In this document: in pieces, positions 35,470 to 47,800 of the stretch
Layout of the letters: each line of letters opens with the position of its first letter
How positions within the stretch are numbered: the stretch's first letter is position 1
Assembly (NCBI RefSeq): GCF_963853765.1
Contig: NC_088855.1
Coordinates: 4,340,001-4,404,000 of the forward strand
Length of the DNA: 64,000 bases
Source of the DNA: Magallana gigas
Taxonomy: Eukaryota
Reading direction: 5' to 3'
Notes under the pieces: model-generated
Seen by the model: only the letters and a program-made list of their open reading frames with translations
Databases searched by the model: none
What the model was told of the DNA's origin: nothing
Translations under genes and position numbers: made by a program

Positions 35470-36661
35470 TCTCAAAAATTTCTCTCTTTCATCCTACTTT
35501 CACTGACTAACTTCCTTTTACAAGTAGTATATAGGTACATTTGTAAACAAGTTATTTGTGTAATATATAGTATATGCGATTTAGGTCTATATTACATGTA
35601 TATTTTTATACTTTAAGAGACAATCTGTTACATTCTGAGATATGTGTACATCTATCCTTTGTATCCTTTTCTACTGTCTTTGTCAATAAAATTTAATGGC
35701 AAAAAAATAATTCTCCACTTCCAGAGCAGGAGGAATAAACGGAATGCACGGTTACGATTTTCACAAAGCCCTCTACGTAAATTCATAATCCCCGGGTCAT
35801 AATATAGCCACACAGAGAAAATGTAAAAAAAAATAAAAAAAAAATTACAATATTTTCATATCTTCTTTTGTAGTTTTATAGTCGAGATAAAGATATATTT
35901 CGAGATATAGATAAACTAAATGTATTGTTATTATGACAATAATGTCCTCTTCTTTGTGATTTATAACTGATTATGCATAGTTGCTAATTCCACAAAGCTA
36001 TTAATTCTTTCAGGATTAGAAAGGGCAAAATAAGGCAAGGATATAAAATTTTACAACATTCTCGGTTGCAAACTTTCATTTTATTCATTGACAAGTGTCC
36101 TGCGGGTCTCTTTTTACCAAAGGTTTTAATAATTGCAATTGGTCCCTAGATATAGTTTGAAGATAACCTTAGATTCCTCGGACTCTTGCAATTATAAATT
36201 GATGTTAGCAAACGCCAAATAATAAAAGCACGGGTACCTATTCAACCAGTTTTGGATAAGGATTTAGACTCCAAAAATGAAGCTTTAAATGTAAACATGA
36301 GACTCCCTGTCAGATCCATCCACGGGCAAAGGTACGCATGTGACCGCCACGGCCTGTGGGCAACTTTTTATTTCTATATTAATGAGTTTGTTGTCTTTTC
36401 ATTAAGTAATTGTGGATGTGTAAATATCTTTATGTAATATGTACTTAATTTGACATTTTACACAGTTTAAAGAGAAGGAGGAAATCGAATTGGAACAAAA
36501 AACTTTGAAAACTTTACAAAAAATATGTTCTTCCTAATGAGTATAAGTCTTGCGTATGAAGGCCAACACAGGCACACGCAAAGATAACATATTCTATCAC
36601 ATTTAAGTGATATGCACTTGTCTTTTAGTAGAGTGCTAAATCATTAATTATCTAATTACAG

Positions 36662-39485
36662 GAATCCTTCCAGAGCGGTATGGTTTCTTTTCTGTACTGC
36701 CTTCGTATGCAGAGGTGTTGCTCTATCGAACAATAATTCCTGCATCGAAAATTCACTATCATTGAAACACGAGTTAAAGACTTTTGCTGATCTCGTACAA
36801 AACGGAAAAAATATTATATTTCTGAATCTATTCTTTGATAACTCTTCCTATAATTTAATTCCTCATGAGGACATGTCAAAGCAGTGGATATGGATAACAG
36901 AAGCTTATCAATATATCCTTAGCTACTCACAGGATGTTGATGTTTTCAGTTTTGGACTTTTAAAAGCAAAAAAAGAATTCCTTACTGTTAAAATTAGCGT
37001 TGCAAATCTTACCGAAGGCTGTAAATTCAACGTTGGTCAGTATTTGCTCCATCATTTTTCACATGCCAGAGAAGGAAGTAATACAACTACTGACACTATC
37101 CAAGAGACACCCAAAGGACATCTATGTTTTGCAAAACTCGAGAGGAACAAATTTGAGGACTTCATCAGTGATATTTCTGGCGTTAAAATAGGATTTCCGT
37201 TTTGGTGTTACACAGAAAACAACGAAAGCGTGTTCATTGGAAAGTCATATGTTATCTACATCGTCATTTGTATCATACTTTGCATGTATTCATTTTACCC
37301 GATCTTCATGGAAATGGCATTCTATGTGGAAGACAGGAAAGCTGACGATTGAAAATATTACATGTCTGATTCACCTTACAGTCCCTCGATTATCGGAAAA
37401 CGTCTTATATTCCTTGAAAATAATAAATACTTAGCAACACTTCGCATCTTAGTAATTGCAAAACTTTTAACATCCTTGGTATATTATCTTAAATCAGAGA
37501 TTTATCATTCCTGCAATTGTTCTTTAAAACTGCCCAATGACGACAAAAGTTCTCCCGACGTTGAAAACTTTTATAAAATCTTTTCATCTGAATTTGCCTT
37601 GGGCGTAATACATTTTATAATAGTTACTTCTTGTGTGTTTTTAATTCAAATGGAGGTTTTGATGATTTTATATTGCTTGATTTCACAAACTTGTGGAAGC
37701 AGTATTTTTTTATGACAACTGTACCTGTATCTGTGTTTCTCCCGCGTGCTTGCTTTAAAGTCTTACAAAATACAAAAATTATCCCTCCTTTTTTCCTACA
37801 GATTTTGACTCAAGTTTTATTCATTAATTCACGCAAATCACTTGTTAAACGTGGTTGTTTGTTGTTTCACATATTATGTCCAATCCAGTTTATTGTTAAC
37901 TTTGTGTTAGTTTTGTGTAGCATACTGTGTCCCGTTGTTTTTCCTGTTTATGTATTTTTTGTTAAATATAGTAGTATCGGTGTGATTTCATGTGTAATAA
38001 AATGGTGTTCTAAATATATCTGTTGTAAAAAATAGAAATTACTTCATATAGATAAACGAAATGGCATAAGGATTTTATGGAACATTGCATGCCATATATC
38101 TGCAATTGTTTACTTGTACTGCATGTATGTGTATACTTCGTCTTTCAATATATTTTTTAATGGCACGAGTTATATTGTTCAGTTTGTTATTTTTACCTTA
38201 CTTTTTGCCGTGCCTAGATTTTCAATTCAGTCTCATATTTATGTTATTTTCATTACGTCATTAGTATTTCATATTTTTCGTTACATTTTATCAATTTACA
38301 AAACTTTATAAAACTCTTTTAGAAACAGTTCTAAAATTACAGGGGGAAAACAGTATTTCAATACAACATTTTGATCTAATCTTGTTGTAACACTTCCCTG
38401 TTTCTAACGAAGGTTTTTATCTATTTCTACAAATAATGCTTTCTCCTCTATTCTTTATCATTATTTATGATACCATGCAGAAAGTTGGTTACATCAGATT
38501 CGGAGCCCAGCCGGATTTGACTACCGTCATCACCTTTTTTTTCTTTTTTGGACCACCACGTTTAATAGAAGGTCTTTTTGTGACAGACTTCACGAGTCGC
38601 GTTTATATGAAAGAAGAGGAAATCAAACAAGACATCGATGTTCTTTTGAAAAATGATGGATTGGATTCAAATTCATATCTTATGAAACAGGTTGAAGAAA
38701 TTAAAATATGTGTAAGGTGGAAAACTGATGGTCTTATCTGCAAAAAAATGAGATACGTCTGTACATTTTGTTTTGGATGTTTTCAGTGTCCAGTTGATGA
38801 CGAGGGATTTTGTGAATGTTGTGACTTATTAACATTAAACTCGGACCGACTAACAAGAACAATTATCAAAATCCCAACTGTTTGTTTATATAAGCGACGT
38901 AAAAATGAAGAAATATTCAATCGATGTGAGCCTCCTACCTGAGCAAACAATCCAAATTCAAATGAAACAATTAGTTTATATTTAAATGATTCAAACATCT
39001 TAACTTCAAGTGAATCAGGCTCTCAAAATACAACTGAATTAAAAACTGTTATTTCAATAAGTTCGAGCCATAGTGAACCAGGCGATCTGAATTCAATCGA
39101 ATCAAACAGTCCGCATCAAATTAGATCCAACATTTTAAACTCAAATAGTCCATCTCATGGCGAACCAGACAGCCCGAGTTCAAGACAATTAAACGGCTCA
39201 AATAAACGCAGATCAAACCTTCTAAATTTAACCGAATCAGTCAATACAAATCAGAATGGTTTCGAAGAGACAGGTTTGCATGTAACAACAATCCAAAGTA
39301 CAAATGGATCAACTTGTCTTATTCCAAGCGATTCGGAATCTTTGAATACTTGTTTAGAAGGACCTCGTCTTCAAAACGATCCTGTTTATGATAATAAAGC
39401 TGTGTCAAATAATTTGAAACTTATAGAATCCCGTTGTAAAAAGGTTTCGGACTTGACGATAGCCCAAATGATTACTAGTCTATGA
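36662..39485 (+). pseudogene. Paralogue C main exon: disabled copy of the membrane-protein gene
   Basis: Colinear with A and D (WIWITEAYQYILSYSQDVDVFSFGLLKAK, YMSDSPYSPS, FFFGPPRLIE, CFGCFQC..DDEGFCECC). In-frame TGA at 37350, TAG at 38033 and TGA at 38940, plus frameshifts near 37640 and 38285. A Ser/Asn-rich tail stays in frame to TGA 39483-39485. Confidence 0.9.
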
Positions 39486-39585
39486 ATAGAATATGACCTC
39501 TAATTGATTCGAAATTATATCTTTCTTTTTGCAGATACATGTATTTTCTACAGTGTTGCCTAGATCTTAAGACAACAGAACGTAA

Positions 39586-39837
<252 letters not shown>

Positions 39838-40350
39838 TGACAAATAAATTGCATGTTTCTTTATATTTAATGACGATATTTAAACAGATTTTGACAGAGA
39901 TTATAATCGAAATACTTGGAGTCTTTTTTACTATTTTTTTAATTTCATAGCTATTAAATAAATTATTAAAGTATTTAATTTAATACTTGTGCAGCAACTG
40001 CAAATAAAATATTTTCGAATCCATTACCATATTTTAAGAAGGTCGTTAAATTAAAAATTATCATGAAATGACTTAAATTGCCAATAATATAATGTGTACG
40101 CAGTGTGATTGTGTTTTCTTAACAATTAATTGGTCCGCCTACATTTGTATTGTTTGTTGTTGAAGTCCATGCGTGGCAACTAATGATGAGCAAGTGATTA
40201 AAATTAGGACTTCCTATAAAACTACCAACCCGGTATTTTAGCACGTACCGTTCATTTCTTACAAGGTTCATTTCTTACAAGGTCTTCTACGTAAAAAGAA
40301 CATTTTTTTTTAATTCACGTTTTAGTGAATTTGTTTGCGTTAATTTAAGT

Positions 40351-40400
40351 ATGGCTCGTCGTTTGTCATTGCGCGAGGATTCCCACTTTCTAGTGCGTTA
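40351..40400 (+). pseudogene. 5' part of a small gene carried by the TIR element, interrupted by the BEL insertion
   Basis: ATG MARRLSLREDSHFLVR, with TATAAAA at 40215-40221. Joining to 51272 gives in-frame GTG CGT TA|C GAC GAA AAT CTT (VRYDENL). Confidence 0.6.
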
Positions 40401-40852
40401 TGTAACGTCACCGGAATTTACGGTGCCGGTCAGTTTTGGGTTCCTAATTTACTTGGTGATAATTACATCCGGTAAGCTGTTTCTGGGAGACAATATTTCC
40501 CGCGCGTCTGGGACGCACAGATCCATTTTGAAGACCCTCTACAGCGTATGGGACGCTTCGTCACCACTTTGCGTTGTGTTTATTTTTGTTTTGAGACTGA
40601 ATTTGACCTCTACATTAAGAATTAAACTTACTAAATTATAGATAAGGTATGAAAACGACTTTACTCTCACTATAGATAAACCAGATATAATAAACCAAAC
40701 CCAAAGTAAATGAAAACCAAGATTAACAACCCTTTATAAATTTATTATAACAAAATAGGAACACAAGGCAATAGCATATACTTAAAATCCCCCAACCCTA
40801 AAACCTAACTTTAACAGGGACCTTAAATAGACAGACGAGACGGGTCGGGACT

Positions 40853-41041
40853 CAGGAGAAAAGTAGCTAGCGAAACCAGCTGTCTCCCTTCCTCTCTCTC
40901 TCAGGAGAAAAGTAGCTAGCGAAACCAGCCGTCTCCTTCCCCCTCTCTGCTTCGGGAGAAAAGTAGCTAGCGAAACCAGCCGTCTCCTTCCCCCTCTCTG
41001 CTTCAGGAGAAAAGTAGCTAGCGAAACCAGCCGTCTCCTTC
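40853..41041. repeat. Four ~50-bp tandem units inside the LTR, duplicated at 44177-44365
   Basis: caggagaaaagtagctagcgaaaccagccgtctcc units start at 40853, 40902, 40953 and 41004. Confidence 0.95.
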
Positions 41042-41990
41042 GTCAAATAAGGACTTACACGGCTTTATATATGGGACAGAACAATAGACAAAGGTCATTA
41101 AAGATATTGGCTATCGTATAAAGTGGGCGTTACCAAAGTAATAGAATAAATTACATCGGGATCGGAATACTAATAATAATAAATAGAAACAAAATCCCGA
41201 TCTACCACATTCCTCCCCCCTTAAAGACAAATGGTATGCATTTGACTAAAATTAAGTGATGCATTTCAATCAAATTCCCTCAAAAACATACATAATATAA
41301 AATATAAACAAAACATAACACAATCAGAGGAATATGTCACATTGCTAAGTTCACCTTGGCTTCACAGTACCAGTCTCCATGGTCCTCAGCAATCACGAAT
41401 TGGAACACATTCCGGAATATAATACTAAGGGAACAACACAACATTTACATACGATTAACACAATATTCACGGATATCGCTGATTCCAGAATGAACACAGT
41501 GGATACCGGTATAACATCGGATATTATGAAGGCGATCAGACACTTGAAATATATGGAGTTGAATGTATCAGGTTCCAGTCCAATTCCAAACTTCACATTG
41601 GTCAACCTGGTGTCTGGATAAACTGCAATAAAACTGGTGAAAACATGGTTTGAAAAATCAAGAAAAATTATTAATAAACATGTCATAAATATCATAACTG
41701 AATCCATATATCAAATCATTACACTATCACACAGAACACGGAAATTTACAGTACATAAAAGTATTATGTTTACACGGGTTATTAACAGGCATACTATCCC
41801 AGTTTTGTCAACAAGATCGACAGAGGATAGTTACTGTTAGACTAACCTTCTAAATTTATGCGTGTTTAATAACCTATTAAATTTTACAAAAATCTAATTT
41901 AGTTTATAAGCCAAAAAATAAACAAATCAACGAACACGTAAATGCTACACCGCTCTAACTTTCAACTAACATCGTTATATCAAAACACAT

Positions 41991-43631
41991 TTAGCCAATT
42001 CCCTTCGGATGCTCGGGTCGGCAGTAAGGGTACAATACTGGGTCGACGGGCTTGTACATAGAAGTAGTACCCACGAACGACAACTGTAAGGGGATTTCAC
42101 CGCTCAGACAAGAATTAACTTTACCAGGGGGAATAGTTCTTCCATCGAGCTTCCATTCCAGGACAGAATCTGCCATGTGCTCGTTCTCTCTCTTTCCTGG
42201 TAAATCTGAACAAGTCTGAGAGTTTGATATAAAAACATTTGCTTCGGGGTTCAACGTTGACAACATTACGCCATTATCACTTAAATTGTAAACTGTCTGT
42301 AACTCAATGTCAGAACACTCGGATTCATCTATTACAGAATTACATGTAGAACTGGACTTAAAGTCAACAGGCACATCGTGTGCTACAGTAACTTCACCAA
42401 AACATGCATTTTCTTCAAAACATTGAACTTTACCCGGCGTTTTACCAGTTTCTGTTTGGTTCTGCGACTCTACCTCGAATGGTCGACTGTGCTCGGTAAG
42501 GTTTGAACGGCCTGAAACTAATGACCCGACCATGGCATTAGTCCCTGAAGGTTTTTCGAGAGTAAGAGTTGTTTCTAACGAGCTTAAATTTTCAGAACAA
42601 TGACCAACCAGATGGCACGATTTACTGGTAATATTATGTGAAAAGTTTTGGCAATCAGACATGTTTGAATTCTGTAAAGAATCAACTTCATCAACAAAAT
42701 GTTCACAAAACGCTTTCTGAATTTCTTCCTTAATAAATGCTTTTAAATCTTTAAAATCGCTGTCACTTGTGTGAACTGAAACAGGCATTTGGTTCGCAAC
42801 AAAAGTACTTACGAAACTCTCATATTCTATTGCTAGACCTATCGCTTTCTCAATTGTGGAGGGATGTTTAAACTGAACATGCTTTTGCAAATCAATATCC
42901 CCTAAACCAAAGATAAACTGGTCAACAATATGAGGTTCTAAGTATTTATAGGGAATATGTGGATAAGATTTTAAGGCTAACCTTTTCAAAGCATAACCAA
43001 AATCTTCGACTGTTTCCCCATTTTGTCTACGCGCTGTTTTAAACTCAACTTGGTAAGCTTTCACGTTTTCTCCGGGATTGAAATAGCTTTTACAAATATT
43101 TTTTAAAACATCATAATTGTCAGACTTTGTCAAAGGAATTTCGGATAACACATGTCTTGCAGACCCCCGTAAACTCATAATAAGCTGACTTGCACATTCT
43201 ATCTTACTCCACCCATTCCACACAGCAACCTGTTCAAACTGAATGAAAAATTCATGAATATCAAAACTACCATCAAATGTTGGCGACTTAATTTCTTTTC
43301 TATACTTTGAATGACGTGACTGTGCCAAATAATTGTCAGATTGCACGTGCGTTCGATTCTCTCTAGCCGTCTGACTAACATTTTCAAAAGCAAGACCATT
43401 TTTAAAATACTTCGTTTTGAGCTCTTTCTCTAAGAAATCACACTTTGCTGATAACTCTTCTATCCGTCTATCGATAGCATTAATTTCGCTGGACTTACCC
43501 AAACTTTCACAACGGACACCATTCCCGGTCTGAATATGTGCTGGGGAATAATTTCTCTCACGCAAAAATTCTCTATCATCTCTAAACATAACTGCATGAT
43601 GAAAAAATGCAGCGTAAAAAATCAAGTACAA
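41991..43631 (-). CDS. gag: Intact Ty3/Gypsy-type Gag-like protein (532 aa from the first ATG at 43589)
   Basis: Coiled-coil N-terminus, then PTFDGS..IHEFFIQFEQVAVWNGWS..ECASQLIMSLRGSARHVL and FIFGLGDIDLQKHVQFKHPSTIEKAIGLAIEYE capsid motifs. Only a degenerate knuckle (CHLVGHC). No stops. Confidence 0.88.
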   Translation of the reverse strand: MYLIFYAAFFHHAVMFRDDREFLRERNYSPAHIQTGNGVRCESLGKSSEINAIDRRIEELSAKCDFLEKELKTKYFKNGLAFENVSQTARENRTHVQSDNYLAQSRHSKYRKEIKSPTFDGSFDIHEFFIQFEQVAVWNGWSKIECASQLIMSLRGSARHVLSEIPLTKSDNYDVLKNICKSYFNPGENVKAYQVEFKTARRQNGETVEDFGYALKRLALKSYPHIPYKYLEPHIVDQFIFGLGDIDLQKHVQFKHPSTIEKAIGLAIEYESFVSTFVANQMPVSVHTSDSDFKDLKAFIKEEIQKAFCEHFVDEVDSLQNSNMSDCQNFSHNITSKSCHLVGHCSENLSSLETTLTLEKPSGTNAMVGSLVSGRSNLTEHSRPFEVESQNQTETGKTPGKVQCFEENACFGEVTVAHDVPVDFKSSSTCNSVIDESECSDIELQTVYNLSDNGVMLSTLNPEANVFISNSQTCSDLPGKRENEHMADSVLEWKLDGRTIPPGKVNSCLSGEIPLQLSFVGTTSMYKPVDPVLYPYCRPEHPKGIG

Positions 43632-44896
43632 AAATAATCTACTAAATATTTCAACTCACGTACAGCATGAATTCTCAAACCCACAAATCCATTACACAGC
43701 TAAAGAAATAAAAAAAAAAACCACAATACAATAGAAACTGACAACAAAAGAATTCAGCCAAGTCCGAATCACTGAAAAGGGCTCTCAAAGTGAGTAGCAC
43801 GTGCCACTGACCATTGTAGTACAAACCCTATCCTGGTCACGGTTCACCAAATAATGTAGCAGGTCAGTGCCGTATAGGTTTTTATCAGTACTTCGCGTTG
43901 TGTTTATTTTTGTTTTGAGACTGAATTTGACCTCTACATTAAGAATTAAACTTACTAAATTATAGATAAGGTATGAAAACGACTTTACTCTCACTATAGA
44001 TAAACCAGATATAATAAACCAAACCCAAAGTAAATGAAAACCAAGATTAACAACCCTTTATAAATTTATTATAACAAAATAGGAACACAAGGCAATAGCA
44101 TATACTTAAAATCCCCCAACCCTAAAACCTAACTTTAACAGGGACCTTAAATAGACAGACGAGACGGGTCGGGACTCAGGAGAAAAGTAGCTAGCGAAAC
44201 TAGCTGTCTCCCTTCCTCTCTCTCTCAGGAGAAAAGTAGCTAGCGAAACCAGCCGTCTCCTTCCCCCTCTCTGCTTCGGGAGAAAAGTAGCTAGCGAAAC
44301 CAGCCGTCTCCTTCCCCCTCTCTGCTTCAGGAGAAAAGTAGCTAGCGAAACCAGCCGTCTCCTTCGTCAAATAAGGACTTACACGGCTTTATATATGGGA
44401 CAGAACAATAGACAAAGGTCATTAAAGTTATTGGCTATCGTATAAAGTGGGCGTTACCAAAGTGATAGAATAAATTACATCGGGATCGGAATACTAATAA
44501 TAATAAATAGAAACAAAATCCCGATCTACCACATGTGCAAACACTAGTGACATGTGACATATCGGTAACTTTATATCAAATAATATGTTGACATTATTTG
44601 AAATGAACAATACTACAGATATTATAGATTGATCGTGATCATATGCTATGTCAAATATTTTTTCTGGTCAATTGGTGTTGAATATTTTCTCAATACCAGA
44701 TAACTCTGTTCTATGCATCAGTACTTTGAAAGGAAGCATTAATAATTTTCACGTATTTTGTGGTGTGCATGTGAATTTGAAAGTTAATTGTGCATTTTTT
44801 CTCATCTAACATGTCTAATGCCATTTTTAGCATGTGTATATATTTTCAAAATTTCATGGCATAATTTCATGTGAAAATCACTACAGTATTATCAGT

Positions 44897-47800
44897 ATGG
44901 CATCTGGTGGAAAACCCATACCCATAGTTGACGTGGAGGAAAGTGAAGAGGAGACAGTTCTTTCAGAGGAAGGTGAGGGAAAACGACTGAAAACGCAGAC
45001 AAAGAAAGGCATGGAACAGTTTTTGACATTTCTTAAGAAATATAGTTCTCAAGAACAAAAGGCATGGACAATGATTGAGAAATCTTAGTTGATATAGATG
45101 AAAATATAGACCAGAAGAATTTTAAAGACTTACGCAAGATTAAAGCAGAGCTTCAGAAATTTAAATGTACTTACTTTGATTGTGCAAATGACTTTCTTTC
45201 ATTTCTTAAAAGAACAAACACAAGAGAAAGTAATGAAGAATTTTCTATTCAAGAACCAAGATTTTGTAAACGTTCTGACATCATAGATCAGCTCATGAAC
45301 CGTATTGAGGATGCCCTTCTGGACGCAGCAGACACCTTATCACGAGCAAGTGGTTCCGAAGGATCCCGATCACAGTAGAAGTTCTGTCAGTGAAATGTCA
45401 AAGTCTCGTGTCCTGTTAAGACAGAAGGCAGAAGCAGAAAAAGCTAAATTAGCTTTCGTCAGACAGCAAGTTGACCTTCAAACCGAGAAGTCAAAAATTG
45501 AAGGACAAATACAAATTCTGAATCAAACGTGTTCAGCAGCAATCGCGGATGCAGAAGCCAAAGTGTTCGAAAGAGAAGAAAGTGAAACCAAAAGTGAAAG
45601 AAATTCAATCTTAGATAAACTACCCAAAGACAGAGGTCAGCGTGTTGCAGATTATGTGGAAAGTGTTTCTCGAGATCAAGAATCAAGTGTTCGATCACAT
45701 GTGAATCCAAAAATCGTTCAATCAATCCCCTCAAGTTATAACTTTGATGTTCCTTTAACTCAACCAAAGGAGGATTCAGTGGAAACTGTGACTAAATTCT
45801 TGTTAAGGAAGGAAGTGTTGTTATCCCGGTTTAGTAACTTTAATGATGAACAAGAGGCTTACAACGCATGGAAACTAAACTTTATCTCAATCATAAAGGA
45901 CCTGCAGATTTCAGAATTCGAGGAACTTCAGTTACTTGTGAGATGGCTAGGACCGGAGTCCTCTAGACATGCAGCGGACATCCAACAAGCAAACGCCGGA
46001 AATCCTGGAAGGGGACTACGTCAGATTTGGGCAAGATTAGATGAGAGATATGGGGCATTCGAACTCATCGATGATTCATTAAAATCGAAGTTGGCCGCTT
46101 TTCCGCAACTTACGATAAAGGACCCTAAAGAACTTTACAAACTGTCTGATCTACTGACACAAGTGGATGGTGTGAAGAAGAACCCTAAATATTCAGCAGC
46201 ATTATCCTATTATGACACCTCTCTTGGAATTGCACCAATAGTAAGCAAACTTCCTTATCAATGGAGAGAAAAATGGATCAACAGGGCCTCAGAATATAAG
46301 GAGCATCATAGTGTTCCATACCCACCATTTACATACTTTGTGAAATTTATACAAGACTTATGTCGTGTGAGAAATGACCCTGGATTTCAGTTCAGTGAAC
46401 CAACAAAGAAAGAGACTAAAACCAAAAACACTGGACAGATTCGTTCAAGAAAAACTGATGTTAAGCCTAGCAAGTCAACAGGACAAAGAAAATCATGCTT
46501 TTTAGAACATAGAGTTGAATCCAATCATAATATCAAAGACTGTCGTAAGTTTCGTACCCTTCCTATCGGTTCAAGGAAAAAGCTTCTCAAGGAAAATGGA
46601 ATTTGCTTTAGATGTTGTGATTCCAAAGAACACTTAGCAAGAGACTGTAATGTGAAATTAAGGTGTGACATGTGTCAAAGTGATAGACATTGTGGGGCCT
46701 TACATGTTAACATTTCCCAGGGCGGGGAGGATAAGGAAAATTCGCATGGCGGGGAGAACAGTATATCATCTTTTACAACTAACTGTACTCAAGTCTGTTC
46801 ACCCGCATTCAGTGGCAAATCTTGTGCAAAGATTATTTTAGTGAACATTTTTCCAGTTGGCCGTGAAGATTTAAAGAAAAGAGCATATGTGATTCTTGAC
46901 GACCAAAGCAGCAGGACACTTGCGAAGTCATCATTCTTTAACAAGTTCGGAATCAAGGGACAAGATATTTCATATACATTGTCATCATGCAGTGGTTCGG
47001 CCATGGTCTCCGGGAGACAAGCCTTTGATTTCGTTGTATCTTCAATACAGAGTGGCGAACAAATATACTTACCATCAATTATTGAATGTGATGACATCCC
47101 TGTTTCATACGAGGAGATTCCAACCCCAGCTGTAGTTAAACCAACCATACAAACATTTATCAGACTTGGAGTTTGATATCCCACCAATAGACTATAAAGC
47201 AGAAGTGATTCTTATTGGACGGGATGTTCCCAGTGCTCATCATGTGCTGGAACAAAAGATTGATAAACCAAACCTACCTTTCGCACAGCGACTTCCCTTA
47301 GGCTGGGCCGTTATAGGAGAATGTTGCCTAGGTAGAGTACATAGCCCACAACATGTGGCTGTGAACAAGACTCAGATTTTACCGTCTGGACGAGGAACTC
47401 ATTTTACCCCATGTTCATCAAATCTGAGAATCTCAACATATCAAGATGATACAGACATTCAGTGTTCGTGTGAGAATGGAATTCAACTTTCTCAGATCTT
47501 TGGACGCACCAAAGACGATAACATTCCAGGAATGTCAATCGAGGACAGAGAATTCTTAGAAATCATGAAGGAAAAGTGTCATAAAGATGAGAAAGGACAT
47601 TGGTCAGCTCCGTTACCATTCAAGTTAAACAGAAATAGACTACCTAACAACAGAGAACAAGCGTTGAAAAGGACTTATTCACTGCTAAAAACTAAGCGTA
47701 ATCCTGTGAAAATGAACTTAGCCATAAAGTTTATGGAAAATGTGTTTGATAATGGATTTGCAGAGGAAACTCCAGAGATCCAAGAGGGAGAAGAATGTTG

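Larger units (their letters stand above)
34437..36365 (+). mobile_element. Helentron-associated (HINE-like) element in intron 1 of paralogue C, with internal insertions
   Basis: gagctcaggtgagcttt, tcacctgtt..cgtctgtctg..ctgtccgtccgtc, agaaccactgggccaatt.caac and terminal gtgaccg...ggcctgtggg..ttt. This matches the HINE architecture known from oysters (recalled, not searched). The right boundary is tentative. Confidence 0.6.
40566..44533 (-). mobile_element. Young non-autonomous gag-only LTR retroelement
   Basis: LTRs 43855-44533 (679 bp, TG..CA) and 40566-41209 (missing 35 bp) differ at about 4 sites. PPT aagggggg aggaa abuts 41209. tRNA-His-like PBS TGGTGAACCGTGACCAGGAT follows the 5' LTR. 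The 2645-bp interior has no pol. Confidence 0.92.

Noticed and set aside
37350-38942. Selenocysteine or readthrough interpretation of the two in-frame TGA codons in paralogue C
   Set aside because: The same copy also has a TAG and frameshifts, and the aligned residues in A and D are not Cys. Simple decay is sufficient.
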